From: Candidatus Parvarchaeota archaeon
GTDB lineage: Archaea > Nanobdellota > Nanobdellia > WJKC01
NCBI GenBank assembly: GCA_030615175.1
Contig: JAUWZX010000002.1
Coordinates: 62,001-126,000 of the forward strand
Reading direction: 5' to 3'
Length of the DNA stretch: 64,000 nucleotides
A program made the translations under genes and the position numbers. Below are positions 37,737 to 48,786 of the stretch, piece by piece (within the stretch, counting starts at the first letter, position 1; the number at the start of each line of letters is the position of its first letter). The notes below the pieces were generated by a model. It did no database searches and was not told the origin of the DNA. It saw nothing but the letters and a program-made list of their open reading frames with translations.

Positions 37737-40307
37737 ATGGAAATAATAAGTGAAAAAATAAATAAAATTGAATTCAAGATACTAGGACCTAAAATGATTG
37801 AGAAAATGAGTATTGTTAAAATCACTAATCCTGAATTATACGATGCTGATGGATTCCCAATTGATAACGGATTAATGGACCTCAGAATGGGAGTTATTGA
37901 CCCTGGAATGCGGTGCAGGACTTGCGGCGAGCGGGTGAAGGAATGCCCAGGCCACTTTGGTTACATAAAACTTGCAAGATCAGTTATTCATATTAAATAT
38001 GTTCCATGGATTTACAAGATGTTAAGAAGTACTTGCAATCAATGCTCAAGAATACTCACAGACCCTAATAAATTAATGGTTTATGAAGAAAAACTTAAAA
38101 TTGTTAAGAAAGAGAAAGGAGAACTTGAAGCATGGAAGGTTGCGGCAGAAATTGAAAAGCATATTAAGAATACTAAAAAATGCCCTTACTGCGGGGCTAA
38201 GCAGGAGAAAATAACTCTAAACAAACCATACTTCTTTTATCAGGAAAAAACAAAGTTAACTCCTGTTGATGTTCGTGAAAGACTTGAAAGAGTTTCAGAT
38301 GATGACTTAAAATTATTAGGGTTTGACCCATTAGCAGGGAGGCCTGAATGGATGATATTAACGCTCATGCCAGTGCCTCCAGTAACTGTCAGGCCTTCAA
38401 TAACTCTCGAGTCAGGCGCGAGAAGTGAGGATGACTTAACGCATAAACTAGGCGACATAATAAGGGCTAATCAAAGATTATTTGAAAACTTAAATGCTGG
38501 AGCGCCTGAAATAATAATTGAGGACTTATGGGACTTACTTCAATACCATGTTACAACTTTATTCGCTAATAACATCTCGCAATTACCTCCAGCCCGCCAC
38601 AGGTCAGGCAGGCCTTTAAAAACACTTTCTGAGCGGATTAAAGGAAAAGAAGGCAGATTTAGGAAACACCTGGCAGGTAAGAGAGTTGACTTCAGTGCAA
38701 GAACCGTTATCAGCCCTGACCCGTACATTGCTGTTGACGAAGTAGGAGTGCCTAAAAAAATGGCAATGAATTTAACAGTTCCTGAAAGAGTAACTGAAAG
38801 GAATTTCAAATGGTTAAAAAAATTAATAAAGAACGGCTCAAGCAAGTACCCTGGAGCTAATTACGTAATAACAATTGAGGGTAAGAGGAAGAGAATAACT
38901 GATGAAACTAAGCCAGTAATACTTGAAGAATTACGGTTCGGTTACGTTGTTGAACGCCACTTGCTTGACGGTGATGTTACATTATTTAACAGGCAGCCAA
39001 GCCTTCACAGGATGAGCATGATGGTTCATAAAGTGAAAATACTGCCTGGCAAGACTTTCAGACTTAACTTATGCGTGTGCCCTCCTTATAATGCAGACTT
39101 TGACGGTGACGAGATGAACCTTCACGTACCTCAAACAGAGGAAGCGCGTGCAGAGGCGAAGATGCTGGTAAGCGTTGGTAATCATTTAATAACTCCTCGT
39201 TACGGCCTGCCAATAATTGGATGCATTAGTGACCACATAGCAGGAGCTTACATGCTAACCCAGAAAAGCAATAAGTTAACAAGGAATGAAGCAATGGATT
39301 TACTAGCGAAGTCTAATATAACAACAAGTCTTTCTAATAAGAAGGAATTCACTGGTAAGGAGTTATTCAGTTCATTACTGCCTAAGGACTTTAATTTTGA
39401 GTGCAGAAGCGGATCCTGCAGGAAGTGCAATGCGTGTAAGACAATTAACTGCGAATACGATGCTTACGTCAACGTTAAGAATGGTGAATTAAAGACAGGA
39501 ATTATTGACAAGAACAGTGTTGGTTCAGGGATTGGTTTAATGCTTCATAAGTTACTAAACAAGTATGGAAGCCAGAAGGCAGTTGAATTCCTGAATAAAG
39601 CAACTTTATTATTCATTAATTACTTGCAAGCAAATGGAATAACGGTTATGTCAAGTGACAGCGACCTGCCTGAAGAAGCAGTTAAGAAAATCAAAAAGAT
39701 TACTAGTAAAGCTGAGAAACGCATTGGAGAATTAACAATTGATTATTTAAATAATAAAATTGAAGCTTACCCTGGCAAGACGTTAAGGGACACTCTTGAA
39801 TTCAAGATTTCCGCCACATTGAATAAAGCGCGTAATAAATGCAGCCATATTGTTGAAGAAATGTCAAAGCCTTCAGGAACAACCATGATGGCTGAGAGTG
39901 GGGCTAGAGGCAAGTTATTAAACCTTAGCATGATTTCAGCCCTTGTTGGTCAAGTATCTTTAAGGGGTTCAAGAATTATTAAAGGTTATAATAGGAGAAC
40001 CTTGCCTCACTTTAATAAGGATGACTTAGGTGCTGGGCCTCACGGATTTATTCGGCATGGTTATAAGGACGGCTTAACGCCTCATGAATTCTTCTTCCAC
40101 GCAATAGCTGGCAGGAATTCATTAATGGATACCTCAATGAGGACGCCCAAAAGCGGTTACTTGCAGAGAAGGTTAATTAATGCACTGCAGGACATTAAGG
40201 TTTGTTATGACGGCACTGTGCGTGACAGTAATAACATGATTATTCAATTCAAGTACGGCGAGGATGGGGTTGACGTGTCAAAAACAAGAGGGGGTGTAGT
40301 AATGTGA
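37737..40307 (+). CDS. rpoA1: RNA polymerase subunit A'
   Basis: [10 protein letters not shown] catalytic motif. Confidence 0.97.
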   Translation: MEIISEKINKIEFKILGPKMIEKMSIVKITNPELYDADGFPIDNGLMDLRMGVIDPGMRCRTCGERVKECPGHFGYIKLARSVIHIKYVPWIYKMLRSTCNQCSRILTDPNKLMVYEEKLKIVKKEKGELEAWKVAAEIEKHIKNTKKCPYCGAKQEKITLNKPYFFYQEKTKLTPVDVRERLERVSDDDLKLLGFDPLAGRPEWMILTLMPVPPVTVRPSITLESGARSEDDLTHKLGDIIRANQRLFENLNAGAPEIIIEDLWDLLQYHVTTLFANNISQLPPARHRSGRPLKTLSERIKGKEGRFRKHLAGKRVDFSARTVISPDPYIAVDEVGVPKKMAMNLTVPERVTERNFKWLKKLIKNGSSKYPGANYVITIEGKRKRITDETKPVILEELRFGYVVERHLLDGDVTLFNRQPSLHRMSMMVHKVKILPGKTFRLNLCVCPPYNADFDGDEMNLHVPQTEEARAEAKMLVSVGNHLITPRYGLPIIGCISDHIAGAYMLTQKSNKLTRNEAMDLLAKSNITTSLSNKKEFTGKELFSSLLPKDFNFECRSGSCRKCNACKTINCEYDAYVNVKNGELKTGIIDKNSVGSGIGLMLHKLLNKYGSQKAVEFLNKATLLFINYLQANGITVMSSDSDLPEEAVKKIKKITSKAEKRIGELTIDYLNNKIEAYPGKTLRDTLEFKISATLNKARNKCSHIVEEMSKPSGTTMMAESGARGKLLNLSMISALVGQVSLRGSRIIKGYNRRTLPHFNKDDLGAGPHGFIRHGYKDGLTPHEFFFHAIAGRNSLMDTSMRTPKSGYLQRRLINALQDIKVCYDGTVRDSNNMIIQFKYGEDGVDVSKTRGGVVM

Positions 40308-41383
40308 AGTTACCTAAAAAACTGCAGGACAAGTATGAATCCCTTAACGAAAAGGACAGGAAGAAATTATTAAGGAACTATGAGGAATCACTTGTTGCGC
40401 CCGGAGAAGCTGTTGGGGTTGTGGCTGGTCAAAGTATTGGAGAGCCCGGAACGCAGATGATACTCAGAACTCACAAGTTTGCAGGAGTCACTGAAATAAT
40501 TATTTCAAAAGGACTGCCGCGGCTTATAGAAATATTTGATGCAAGGAAAACGCCTTCAACTCCCAGCATGACTATTTACTTAAAGAAGGATGTTTCAAGC
40601 GATGAAAAAAAAGTTCGTGAAACTGCAACTAAGATACTTGAATTAAAAGTTAAGGACGTATTAGAAAAATTAATTGTTGACTTACTTAATAAAACTGTTA
40701 AAATTTACTTGGATAAAACTTCATTGAAAAAATTCATGATTAATACTAAAAAGGTTTCTGAAATGCTTAAGAAAAGCATGAAGAAAGAGGAAATAACTTA
40801 TGAAGGCAATGTCATAAACATTAAGTCAAAGGATGCTAATATCAAGAATCTTTACAAGTTAAGAGTTAAAGTTAAAGATGTTTATACTCAAGGAATTCCT
40901 AAAATAGAGCAAATTCTTCCTGTTAAGAAAGGCAATGAATGGATTATTAAAACTTTTGGTTCTAACCTTAAAGAGATTCTTAAGATACCTGAAGTTGATA
41001 CTACGAGGACGTTCACTAATGACTTGTTTGAAATCCTTAATATACTGGGGGTTGAGGCTGCGAGGAATGCAGTGATTAATGAGTCTTTAATGACGCTTAA
41101 AGAGCAGGGATTATCAGTTGACGTAAGGCACTTAATGCTTGTCGCTGACATAATGACTGCTGACGGTACACTTAGAGGAGTTAATAGATACGGCGTGACT
41201 AAAGGCAAGAAGTCAGTGCTTGCAAGAGCTTCATTCGAAGTTGCATTAAAGCACTTATTTAATGCCGCAGTCCACAGGGAGATTGATGAGTTAAAAAGCA
41301 TTGTTGAGAACGTAATGATTAATCAGCCAGCCCCAGTGGGCACAGGAATGTTAAAATTAGTGGTTAAGCATGACAAGAAGTGA
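40304..41383 (+). CDS. rpoA2: RNA polymerase subunit A''
   Basis: [30 protein letters not shown]. Confidence 0.96.
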   Translation: MKLPKKLQDKYESLNEKDRKKLLRNYEESLVAPGEAVGVVAGQSIGEPGTQMILRTHKFAGVTEIIISKGLPRLIEIFDARKTPSTPSMTIYLKKDVSSDEKKVRETATKILELKVKDVLEKLIVDLLNKTVKIYLDKTSLKKFMINTKKVSEMLKKSMKKEEITYEGNVINIKSKDANIKNLYKLRVKVKDVYTQGIPKIEQILPVKKGNEWIIKTFGSNLKEILKIPEVDTTRTFTNDLFEILNILGVEAARNAVINESLMTLKEQGLSVDVRHLMLVADIMTADGTLRGVNRYGVTKGKKSVLARASFEVALKHLFNAAVHREIDELKSIVENVMINQPAPVGTGMLKLVVKHDKK

Positions 41384-41633
41384 AATAGAGAAAGCGTTGA
41401 AAAAAGGTTTATTAATATATGGTTTTAATAATGTGAAGAAGGCAGTTTTTAAAGAAGGATTGGAAAAAGTCATTGTCAGCAAGAATAACGTTAAGGCTTA
41501 TGAAGAATTAAGATTAGTAAACATTAACACTTCAATAGAGTTAAGCGAGTTCACTTCAAAAGAACAGGGAATGATATGCAAGAAGCCTTACGCAATAAGT
41601 GTTCTGGGAATTAAAAAAGGCGGCAAGAAATAA
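41370..41633 (+). CDS. rpl30e: 50S ribosomal protein L30e (divergent)
   Basis: Position between rpoA2 and nus[16 protein letters not shown]. Confidence 0.8.
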   Translation: MTRSEIEKALKKGLLIYGFNNVKKAVFKEGLEKVIVSKNNVKAYEELRLVNINTSIELSEFTSKEQGMICKKPYAISVLGIKKGGKK

Positions 41634-42067
41634 TGAAGAAGAATAATGGAGCGCGAGTGTTAATTAAGTTTGATACTGACAGCATACGATATACAGGATT
41701 ATTTGAATCCCTCACAGGAGTCGTTGTTAAGGACTGCATGGTTAATGATGATAAAATAATTTTTGTAGTTAAGGAAGGGCAGGCGGGCATGGCTATCGGG
41801 AAGAAGGGAGTTAATATTAAGAATTTGCAGGAAATGCTTAATAAAAGGGTTGAAATAATCGAGTTTAATTCAAATCCATTAAAATTCCTTAATAATATTT
41901 TCAGACCATTAAAGATTAGTAATGCTTACCTAAGCGAGAAGAATGATGAAAAAAAAGTTATTAAGATAAGCTTTGATAAGGACAAGTTCAAGGTTAGACC
42001 TAAATTAAGGAAGGCTAAATTCCTGGTTAAGAAATACTTTAACATTGACGACGTTATTATATCATAA
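41633..42067 (+). CDS. nusA: Archaeal NusA (KH domains)
   Basis: AIGKKGVNIK; operon position. Confidence 0.92.
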   Translation: MKKNNGARVLIKFDTDSIRYTGLFESLTGVVVKDCMVNDDKIIFVVKEGQAGMAIGKKGVNIKNLQEMLNKRVEIIEFNSNPLKFLNNIFRPLKISNAYLSEKNDEKKVIKISFDKDKFKVRPKLRKAKFLVKKYFNIDDVIIS

Positions 42068-42101
42068 CATTTAAAAATAGATTTCTTATACTGAATACTT
42101 C

Positions 42102-42536
42102 ATGAAGAAGCCGACAGGATTATTTGCTGGCAGGAAGTTATTAATGAGGCGCAAGACTTTTAAGTGCAGGTATAAGGGTGGCAAGGCTAAGAAATTAGGC
42201 ACTGAGAAGAAGTATGACCCTTTGAAGGGAAGCCCCAGGGCTAAAGGCATTGTTTTATCTAAGCGTAATATTCCTTGCAAGCAGCCTCACTCAGCTTTAA
42301 GGAAGTGTGTTGTTGTTCAATTAATTAAGAACGGCAAGAGCGTTACTGCTTTTGTTCCTGGCGAGGGAGCAATTAAGCATATTGATGAGCATAACATTGT
42401 TGAGATTGAACGCCTTGGAGGTCCTATGAGCGGCAGTAAAGGCGATATTCCTGGCGTTAAATTCAAGGTTGTTAAAGTTAATGATGTTTCATTAATAGAG
42501 ATTATCAGAGGCAGGAAGGAGAAACCTGAGAGGTAA
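42102..42536 (+). CDS. rps12: 30S ribosomal protein S12
   Basis: [16 protein letters not shown]. Confidence 0.96.
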   Translation: MKKPTGLFAGRKLLMRRKTFKCRYKGGKAKKLGTEKKYDPLKGSPRAKGIVLSKRNIPCKQPHSALRKCVVVQLIKNGKSVTAFVPGEGAIKHIDEHNIVEIERLGGPMSGSKGDIPGVKFKVVKVNDVSLIEIIRGRKEKPER

Positions 42537-42542
42537 AAATTT

Positions 42543-43229
42543 ATGATTAAGAAGGAATTATTAGATAGGGCGAAGGAAATTGAGAAAAAGATTGTTAAGA
42601 AGGGTGAGGAAATTGCTGAAGTTGTTAAACTGCCTGACTCGCCGCTTTTCGGCAAATGGTCAAGCAAAGGCATAACCGTTATTGACCATGGCTTGAAGGA
42701 TTATATTAGTTTAAAACCTGTTTACTTACCTAAATCTTTTGGCAGGAATGCTCGTCAGAAATTCCATAAGTCTAATTATCATATTGTTGAACGATTAATG
42801 AATCACATCCCTGTTTCTGGTCATAAGGGTAAGAAACAGTGGTGGTGTACTGGCAAGCAATTAGGTCAGGGCATGACTCTTCTTAAGATTATGGTTAAAA
42901 CATTGGAATTAATTGAGAAAAGAGTTAAGGAAAATCCTATTCAAGTCATTGTAAGGGCTGTTGAGAACGCATCTCCTTGTGAGGAAGTCACGACTGTTCA
43001 GTACGGCGGCATCAGGCATCCTAAAGCTGTTGAAACCAGTCCTCAGCGAAGAATTGACTTAGCGTTGCGCTGGATTACTCAAGGAGCTAAGAAACAGAGC
43101 AGGAAGTCAAGGAAGCATATATGGGACACCCTTACTGATGAAATAATCGCTGCTGCTAGAGAAGACCCTAAGAGTTTCTCAGTCAGTAAGAGAAATGAAG
43201 TTGAAAGGCAGGCAAGAGGCAGCAGGTAA
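42543..43229 (+). CDS. rps7: 30S ribosomal protein S7
   Basis: IVERLMN, SPQRRIDLALR, ERQA. Confidence 0.95.
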   Translation: MIKKELLDRAKEIEKKIVKKGEEIAEVVKLPDSPLFGKWSSKGITVIDHGLKDYISLKPVYLPKSFGRNARQKFHKSNYHIVERLMNHIPVSGHKGKKQWWCTGKQLGQGMTLLKIMVKTLELIEKRVKENPIQVIVRAVENASPCEEVTTVQYGGIRHPKAVETSPQRRIDLALRWITQGAKKQSRKSRKHIWDTLTDEIIAAAREDPKSFSVSKRNEVERQARGSR

Positions 43230-43290
43230 AGAAAGAATAATTCCTCAACAACACAAATTTATATAAATAATTAAGTGTAATAGTTAATCA

Positions 43291-43779
43291 ATGAACTTGC
43301 TAGAATTCATAATAAATGCGAAGAAAAAAGGATATGCCGGCGGGACAGATTATAAAGTTCTTGATGATAAAGGCAAGGAATTCATATTTAAAGAAGGAAA
43401 TTATGAGTACAGGGATAAATACTATGGTTTTAACCCATTTACTGGACATGAGATAATACTTAAAGATGGTAAAGCTGTTTGGGTAATGAATTATACTGGC
43501 AACGTAACAGTAAGTACGTGGACAGTAAAAACTTCAAAAGTATTTAAATTCCTAAGAGAAGCCATGTGCAACTATTTAGAATCCCCAGCAGGTATTACGG
43601 CAAGCATTCCTGTTCGCGGGGCAAGATTAACTCTTTTTAAGAATTTTAAATACACAAGTAATATTGAAGGCTCTTTTAATAAATTTAAAGGCATAGAAAG
43701 GATATATTACAGAGAATATGATTACAAGGAAGTATATATAGGATACTTTCATGGCGGCACAGTAGAGGGAAAACTTTAA
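43291..43779 (+). CDS. DUF5680-like protein
   Basis: AKKKGYAG, YRDKYYG..F.G.E, WVMNY, FHGG. Confidence 0.75.
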   Translation: MNLLEFIINAKKKGYAGGTDYKVLDDKGKEFIFKEGNYEYRDKYYGFNPFTGHEIILKDGKAVWVMNYTGNVTVSTWTVKTSKVFKFLREAMCNYLESPAGITASIPVRGARLTLFKNFKYTSNIEGSFNKFKGIERIYYREYDYKEVYIGYFHGGTVEGKL

Positions 43780-43805
43780 AAACCTCTTTATTTTCGTTTG
43801 TTCTA

Positions 43806-45980
43806 ATGGTAAAGGTTGAGGAAAAAGTTAAGGAATTGCATCGTAAACCTGAATTCGTCAGGAACATGGGCATCATTGCTCATATCGATCACGGAAAGAC
43901 AACGCTCAGTGATTCACTACTAGCTGGCGCTGGAATGCTTTCAATGGAAAAAGCAGGCACAGTACTTAAAACAGACACTCTTGAGGAAGAACAGCAGAGA
44001 GGCATTACTATTCAAAGCACTGGCGTGTCAATGATTCACAATGTTGAAGAACATGATTACTTAATTAACTTAATTGACACTCCAGGACACGTTGACTTCG
44101 GCGGAGAAGTGACCAGGGCTTTAAGAGCTGTTGACGGAGCATTAGTCCTTGTATGCGCGGTGGAAGGAGCAATGCCTCAGACAGAAACAGTGTTAAAGCA
44201 GGCTTTAAAGGAGCGCGTGAAGCCAGTCTTATTCATCAACAAGGTTGACCGCTTGATTAAAGAATTAAAACTCACTCCTAAATCAATGCAGGAACGCTTC
44301 ATTAAAATGATTAATCAAGTTAATAAAATAATTAAGGATAACGCTCCTAAAGAATTAAAAGAGAAGTGGCAAGTATCAGTTCAGAAAGGCACTGTTGTTT
44401 TTGGCACAGCAATTCATAAATGGGCGCTTAGTTACACAGTGATGAAAGAGAAAGGAATAAATTTTAAAGAAGTGCTTGACACTTACGCTGAAGGAGACCC
44501 TGAAGCAATAGTTAAGTTAAGCAATAAGTCACCTGTTCACGAAGTAATCCTTAACATGGTTGCAAAGCACCTGCCTAATCCAATTGAAGCGCAGAAGTTA
44601 AGGGTTCCAGCCATCTGGCCAGGAGACTTGAAATCAGAGATTGGCAAGTCATTAATTAATTGCAATCCTGACGGCCCTCTTGTTTTCTGCGTTACTAAAA
44701 TATTCATTGACCCTCAGGCAGGAGAAATTAGTTTTGGCAGGGTTTTCTCAGGCAAGTTAAAGCATGGTGATGAAGTATGGCTTAATAAGCGTAAAACCAA
44801 GGCAAGAAATCAGCAAGTCTTTGTAATGGTTCTTGATAAGAGACATAACATTGATGAAGTGCCTGCAGGCAACACTGCAGGAGTTATCGGGCTTAAGAAT
44901 TCAACATCTGGCGAAACAGTCAGTGATGAGGAAATAACTCCTTTCGAATCAATCAAGCACATCTTTGACCCGGTAGTCACTAAGTCAATTGAAGCAAAGG
45001 ATCCTAAAAACCTTGTTAAATTAATCCAGACATTAAAGGATATTGAAAAGGAAGACCCTACAATGAAAACTGAGATTAATGATGAAACCGGCGAGCACTT
45101 AATTTCAGGACTAGGTGAACTGCATTTAGAAATTATTGAACACAAGATTGAGCGTGATAAGAATATTCCAATAGTCACTAGTCCTCCAATAGTTGTTTAC
45201 AGGGAAACAGTTAATAAGAAATCAGTTAAGGAAGAGGGTAAGAGTCCTAACAAGCATAATAAGTTTTACTTCATTGTTGAATCAATGCCAAGGGAATGGT
45301 ATGATTTACTTGTTAGTGGCGACGTAAAGGACGGCGAGGTAAGAAAGAAGGATAAGGATTTAATTGAACGCTTAATTGAGTTTGGAATCCCAAGGAATGA
45401 TGCTAAACGTTTAAGAAGCATTTATAAACGCAACATGTTGTTTGACATGTCCAGTGGTATTGTACAGATTGGCGAGGTTATTTTAATGATTATTCAGGGC
45501 TTCAAGCAAGTAATGGATGCTGGAATGCTTGCACGCGAGCCTTGTGAGGGCATTATTGTCAGGATTATGGATATGAAACTTCATGAGGACGCTATTCACC
45601 GCGGTCCAGCCCAAGTACTGCCAGCTGTCCGCCAAGGCATTAGGGCTTGTTTTTTAAGCGCTGACGCTTCATTACTCGAGCCTGTTCAGGCAAGAAGGAT
45701 TGACGCTCCTATAAAGTACACTGGCACTCTTAGCAAGTTAGTGCAGTCAAGACGCGGTCAGCTGCTTGAGATGAATCAGGAAATGGAAAGCGTTACTGTC
45801 ATGGCTAAACTCCCTGTAGCTAATGCCTTCGGCTTCACTAGTGACTTAAGAAGCGCTACTGAAGGGCGCGGCGTATGGTTCCTTGTTGACAGCAAGTTCG
45901 AACCAGTCCCTAAAGACTTGCAGGACGAAGTAGTGAAGAAAATCAAGAACAGGAAAGGACTTAAGTCCAAAAAACCATAA
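43806..45980 (+). CDS. fusA: Elongation factor 2
   Basis: AHIDHGKT, DTPGHVDF, HEDAIHRGPAQ. Confidence 0.97.
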   Translation: MVKVEEKVKELHRKPEFVRNMGIIAHIDHGKTTLSDSLLAGAGMLSMEKAGTVLKTDTLEEEQQRGITIQSTGVSMIHNVEEHDYLINLIDTPGHVDFGGEVTRALRAVDGALVLVCAVEGAMPQTETVLKQALKERVKPVLFINKVDRLIKELKLTPKSMQERFIKMINQVNKIIKDNAPKELKEKWQVSVQKGTVVFGTAIHKWALSYTVMKEKGINFKEVLDTYAEGDPEAIVKLSNKSPVHEVILNMVAKHLPNPIEAQKLRVPAIWPGDLKSEIGKSLINCNPDGPLVFCVTKIFIDPQAGEISFGRVFSGKLKHGDEVWLNKRKTKARNQQVFVMVLDKRHNIDEVPAGNTAGVIGLKNSTSGETVSDEEITPFESIKHIFDPVVTKSIEAKDPKNLVKLIQTLKDIEKEDPTMKTEINDETGEHLISGLGELHLEIIEHKIERDKNIPIVTSPPIVVYRETVNKKSVKEEGKSPNKHNKFYFIVESMPREWYDLLVSGDVKDGEVRKKDKDLIERLIEFGIPRNDAKRLRSIYKRNMLFDMSSGIVQIGEVILMIIQGFKQVMDAGMLAREPCEGIIVRIMDMKLHEDAIHRGPAQVLPAVRQGIRACFLSADASLLEPVQARRIDAPIKYTGTLSKLVQSRRGQLLEMNQEMESVTVMAKLPVANAFGFTSDLRSATEGRGVWFLVDSKFEPVPKDLQDEVVKKIKNRKGLKSKKP

Positions 45981-45990
45981 AAAATCAGGT

Positions 45991-46013
45991 TTTTTCCGAA
46001 ACCTTTAAAAAGA
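45991..46013 (+). promoter_or_regulatory. BRE/TATA promoter of EF-1A, near-identical to the one before uS10
   Basis: tttttccgaaacctttaaaaaga versus tttttccgaaacttttaaaaaga at 48349-48371. Confidence 0.65.
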
Positions 46014-46064
46014 TTTATTATTTTCTTGATTTCTTAATACAAACACAGAAATGGAGGTAAAAAC

Positions 46065-47411
46065 ATGGCAAAAAAACAACATTTGAACTTGGTGTTCGTA
46101 GGGCATGTAGACCACGGTAAGAGCACACTTATAGGTAAATTGTTCCACGAAACAGGTGCCTTAACACAGCAGGAGTTAGAAAAATTTAAGAAAAAAGCAG
46201 AAGAACTTGGCAAACAGACATGGGCGTTCGCTTACGTCACTGACGTGACAGAACAGGAAAGGAAAAGAGGATTAACAATTGAGTTATCACATAAGAAATT
46301 TGACACTCAAAAGTATACATTCACGATTATTGACGCTCCCGGGCACAGAGACTTCGTTAAGAACATGATTACAGGAGCATCTCAAGCTGATGCTGCAGTC
46401 CTAGTAGTTGATGCCAGAGACGGCGTCATGGAACAGACAAAAGAACACATCTTCCTGTGCAGGACTCTCGGAGTCAAGCAAGTAATTGCAGTAATTAATA
46501 AAATGGACGTCATTAACTACAAGGAAAGCAGATGGAATGAAGTCAAGGATGACTTAGTCAGTTGGTTAAAGAACGCTGGATTTGACACGTCAAAAATCAG
46601 TTTCTTGGCTGTAAGCGCTATTAAAGGAGATAACGTGACTAAGAAAAGTGATAAGACTCCATGGTATAAGGGTCCAACACTGCTTGAAGCGCTTAATAAT
46701 ATACAAATGCCTGAGAAACCAGTAAAACTACCACTTAGGATACCAGTGCAGGATGTTTATTCAATAACGGGTATTGGCGCAGTACCTGTCGGCAAGGTTC
46801 AGACAGGAACGATGAAGGTTGGTGATAAAGTAATCTTCATGCCTTCAGGAGCGACAGGCGATGTTAAGAGTATTGAAATGCATCATGAAAGCGTGCCTCA
46901 AGTAGAACCTGGCGATAACATTGGATTCAATGTTAGGGGAATAGGTAAGAATGACATTAAGAGAGGGGATGTGGGAGGTCACCTTGACAACCCGCCAACA
47001 GTTGCTAAGAAATTTAAGGCACAGATAATCGTCCTTAACCACCCGACAGTCATTACTGCTGGTTACACGCCGGTATTCCATGCGCACACAGCTCAAGTGG
47101 CATGCAGTTTTGAGAAGTTATTAAAAAAGCTTGACCCAAAGACTGGCGCTACTAAGGAAGAGAACCCTGAAGTCTTGAGGAAAGGTGACGCGGCTATTGT
47201 ATTAATCAAGCCGTCTAAACCATTTGTTATTGAAGAGAAATCAAAGATTCCTCAATTATCAAACTTCGCTATCAGGGACATGGGCAAGACTATTGGCGCT
47301 GGAATGTGCATTGAAATAACAGAAAAAGGAAAAGTAGAAAAGGCAAAAAAAGTAGAAAAGGCACCGGCAAAGAAAGGCAATACCAAGGCAGCAACAACAA
47401 CAAAGAAATAG
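46065..47411 (+). CDS. tuf: Elongation factor 1-alpha
   Basis: [29 protein letters not shown]. Confidence 0.97.
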   Translation: MAKKQHLNLVFVGHVDHGKSTLIGKLFHETGALTQQELEKFKKKAEELGKQTWAFAYVTDVTEQERKRGLTIELSHKKFDTQKYTFTIIDAPGHRDFVKNMITGASQADAAVLVVDARDGVMEQTKEHIFLCRTLGVKQVIAVINKMDVINYKESRWNEVKDDLVSWLKNAGFDTSKISFLAVSAIKGDNVTKKSDKTPWYKGPTLLEALNNIQMPEKPVKLPLRIPVQDVYSITGIGAVPVGKVQTGTMKVGDKVIFMPSGATGDVKSIEMHHESVPQVEPGDNIGFNVRGIGKNDIKRGDVGGHLDNPPTVAKKFKAQIIVLNHPTVITAGYTPVFHAHTAQVACSFEKLLKKLDPKTGATKEENPEVLRKGDAAIVLIKPSKPFVIEEKSKIPQLSNFAIRDMGKTIGAGMCIEITEKGKVEKAKKVEKAPAKKGNTKAATTTKK

Positions 47412-47414
47412 AAT

Positions 47415-48275
47415 TTATTCTATTTTTTTTTCTTTTTTTATTAATTCATTTCCCTTAATTAGTAATTTCTTAAAGTAACGCAAGTCAGGTTCTTGTGTAA
47501 TGAGTAACTGGTCAAAATTAGTAATGAGTTTACTGTAAAAATGACCGTCATAAAATTTCTTAAGCGCTTCGTCAATGCTTACATTCTTTATAAGTGAATA
47601 ATAATTAACTCCTGCGTTTATTGCCGGGCACTCAATTAAGTAATGACGCAACAACCATGCTGATTCCATGTTACATAAAAATTTATACAACCCACTATTA
47701 TTCTTCACAGGCTTTCTTCTCCTTAACCAACTATCAATGTCTCGAAAAGGATTTTCCTTATTATAAAAATCACGAATAAAGGATTGTGTATCAAAATCAA
47801 GATCTCCATAATAATAAGGCCCAATCCTTGAGCGAGTAAAGCAGTTAAGAATTGAATTGTAATAATCATTAAATAAGAAGTGCACTCTCTTATCCATATC
47901 CCTCCTGTATTTATGCACTAATTCGTGAACAATATGCCCAACCGCTAAGTCATGGTCTTCATCATACTGTTTTAATAATCCTTCATACGCGGCAACACCG
48001 CTAAGACTGTAGTCATAGCAAGCAACGTTATCTGTAGGCTCACGAGTATCAATGATAAAGGATTCTTGTTTAACATTAATGCCATACTCTTCATTTAAGA
48101 ACTTGCTTGCTTCAACCATGACGTTTTTCAATCCTTCAGCATTACTTCTCAACCACTCGTTAGCGCAGACATCATTAATAGTAGAATAATTGTCAGTTAA
48201 TTTAATAAATTCCTCAATACTCCCACAATACTTTTTAACGCTCAAGGCAAAAAGCACTCTATCCATTAAGTCCAT
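47415..48275 (-). CDS. Hypothetical protein with HExxH zincin-like motif
   Basis: IVHELVHKY; antisense within the str cluster. Confidence 0.6.
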   Translation of the reverse strand: MDLMDRVLFALSVKKYCGSIEEFIKLTDNYSTINDVCANEWLRSNAEGLKNVMVEASKFLNEEYGINVKQESFIIDTREPTDNVACYDYSLSGVAAYEGLLKQYDEDHDLAVGHIVHELVHKYRRDMDKRVHFLFNDYYNSILNCFTRSRIGPYYYGDLDFDTQSFIRDFYNKENPFRDIDSWLRRRKPVKNNSGLYKFLCNMESAWLLRHYLIECPAINAGVNYYSLIKNVSIDEALKKFYDGHFYSKLITNFDQLLITQEPDLRYFKKLLIKGNELIKKEKKIE

Positions 48276-48393
48276 TATAATAATTATTACTATTAAACAA
48301 TATTTTAAAGATTTCCACCCCTTAAGCATTCTTTTAAAAAAAAATATTTTTTTCCGAAACTTTTAAAAAGAGTTCATTATTATCCTAAGGACT

Positions 48394-48714
48394 ATGTCAA
48401 AGATTATGTCAATGGCCAGGATTAAGTTATCAAGCACTGATTCTGAAGCACTCCTAAGTATCTGCAACCAGATTAAGGATATTGCTGAGAAAGCAGGAGT
48501 TGACATGAGAGGCCCGATTCCACTGCCAACTAAAAAATTAAGAGTGCCTACAAGGAGAAGCCCCTGCGGTCAAGGACGCGAAACTTTCGAGACTTGGGAG
48601 ATGCGTATTCACAAGCGAATAATTGACTTAGGAGTTGACGAGCGCGCACTAAGACTCATCATGAGAATACAGATTCCTAAAAGCATTAACATGGAAATGG
48701 AAATAACTGAATGA
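48394..48714 (+). CDS. rps10: 30S ribosomal protein S10
   Basis: GPIPLPT, RRSPCGQG, WEMRIHKR. Confidence 0.96.
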   Translation: MSKIMSMARIKLSSTDSEALLSICNQIKDIAEKAGVDMRGPIPLPTKKLRVPTRRSPCGQGRETFETWEMRIHKRIIDLGVDERALRLIMRIQIPKSINMEMEITE

Positions 48715-48786
48715 AAACCAATAAATTCTTTTGGTAAAGCTTTTCTTAGGAAGAAAAGGTTTATGGAAATGGAAATATCAGAATAA
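48691..48786 (+). repeat. Imperfect 24-bp duplication of the rps10 3' end flanking a 48-bp hairpin insert
   Basis: ATGGAAATGGAAATAACTGAATGA versus ATGGAAATGGAAATATCAGAATAA. Confidence 0.8.
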
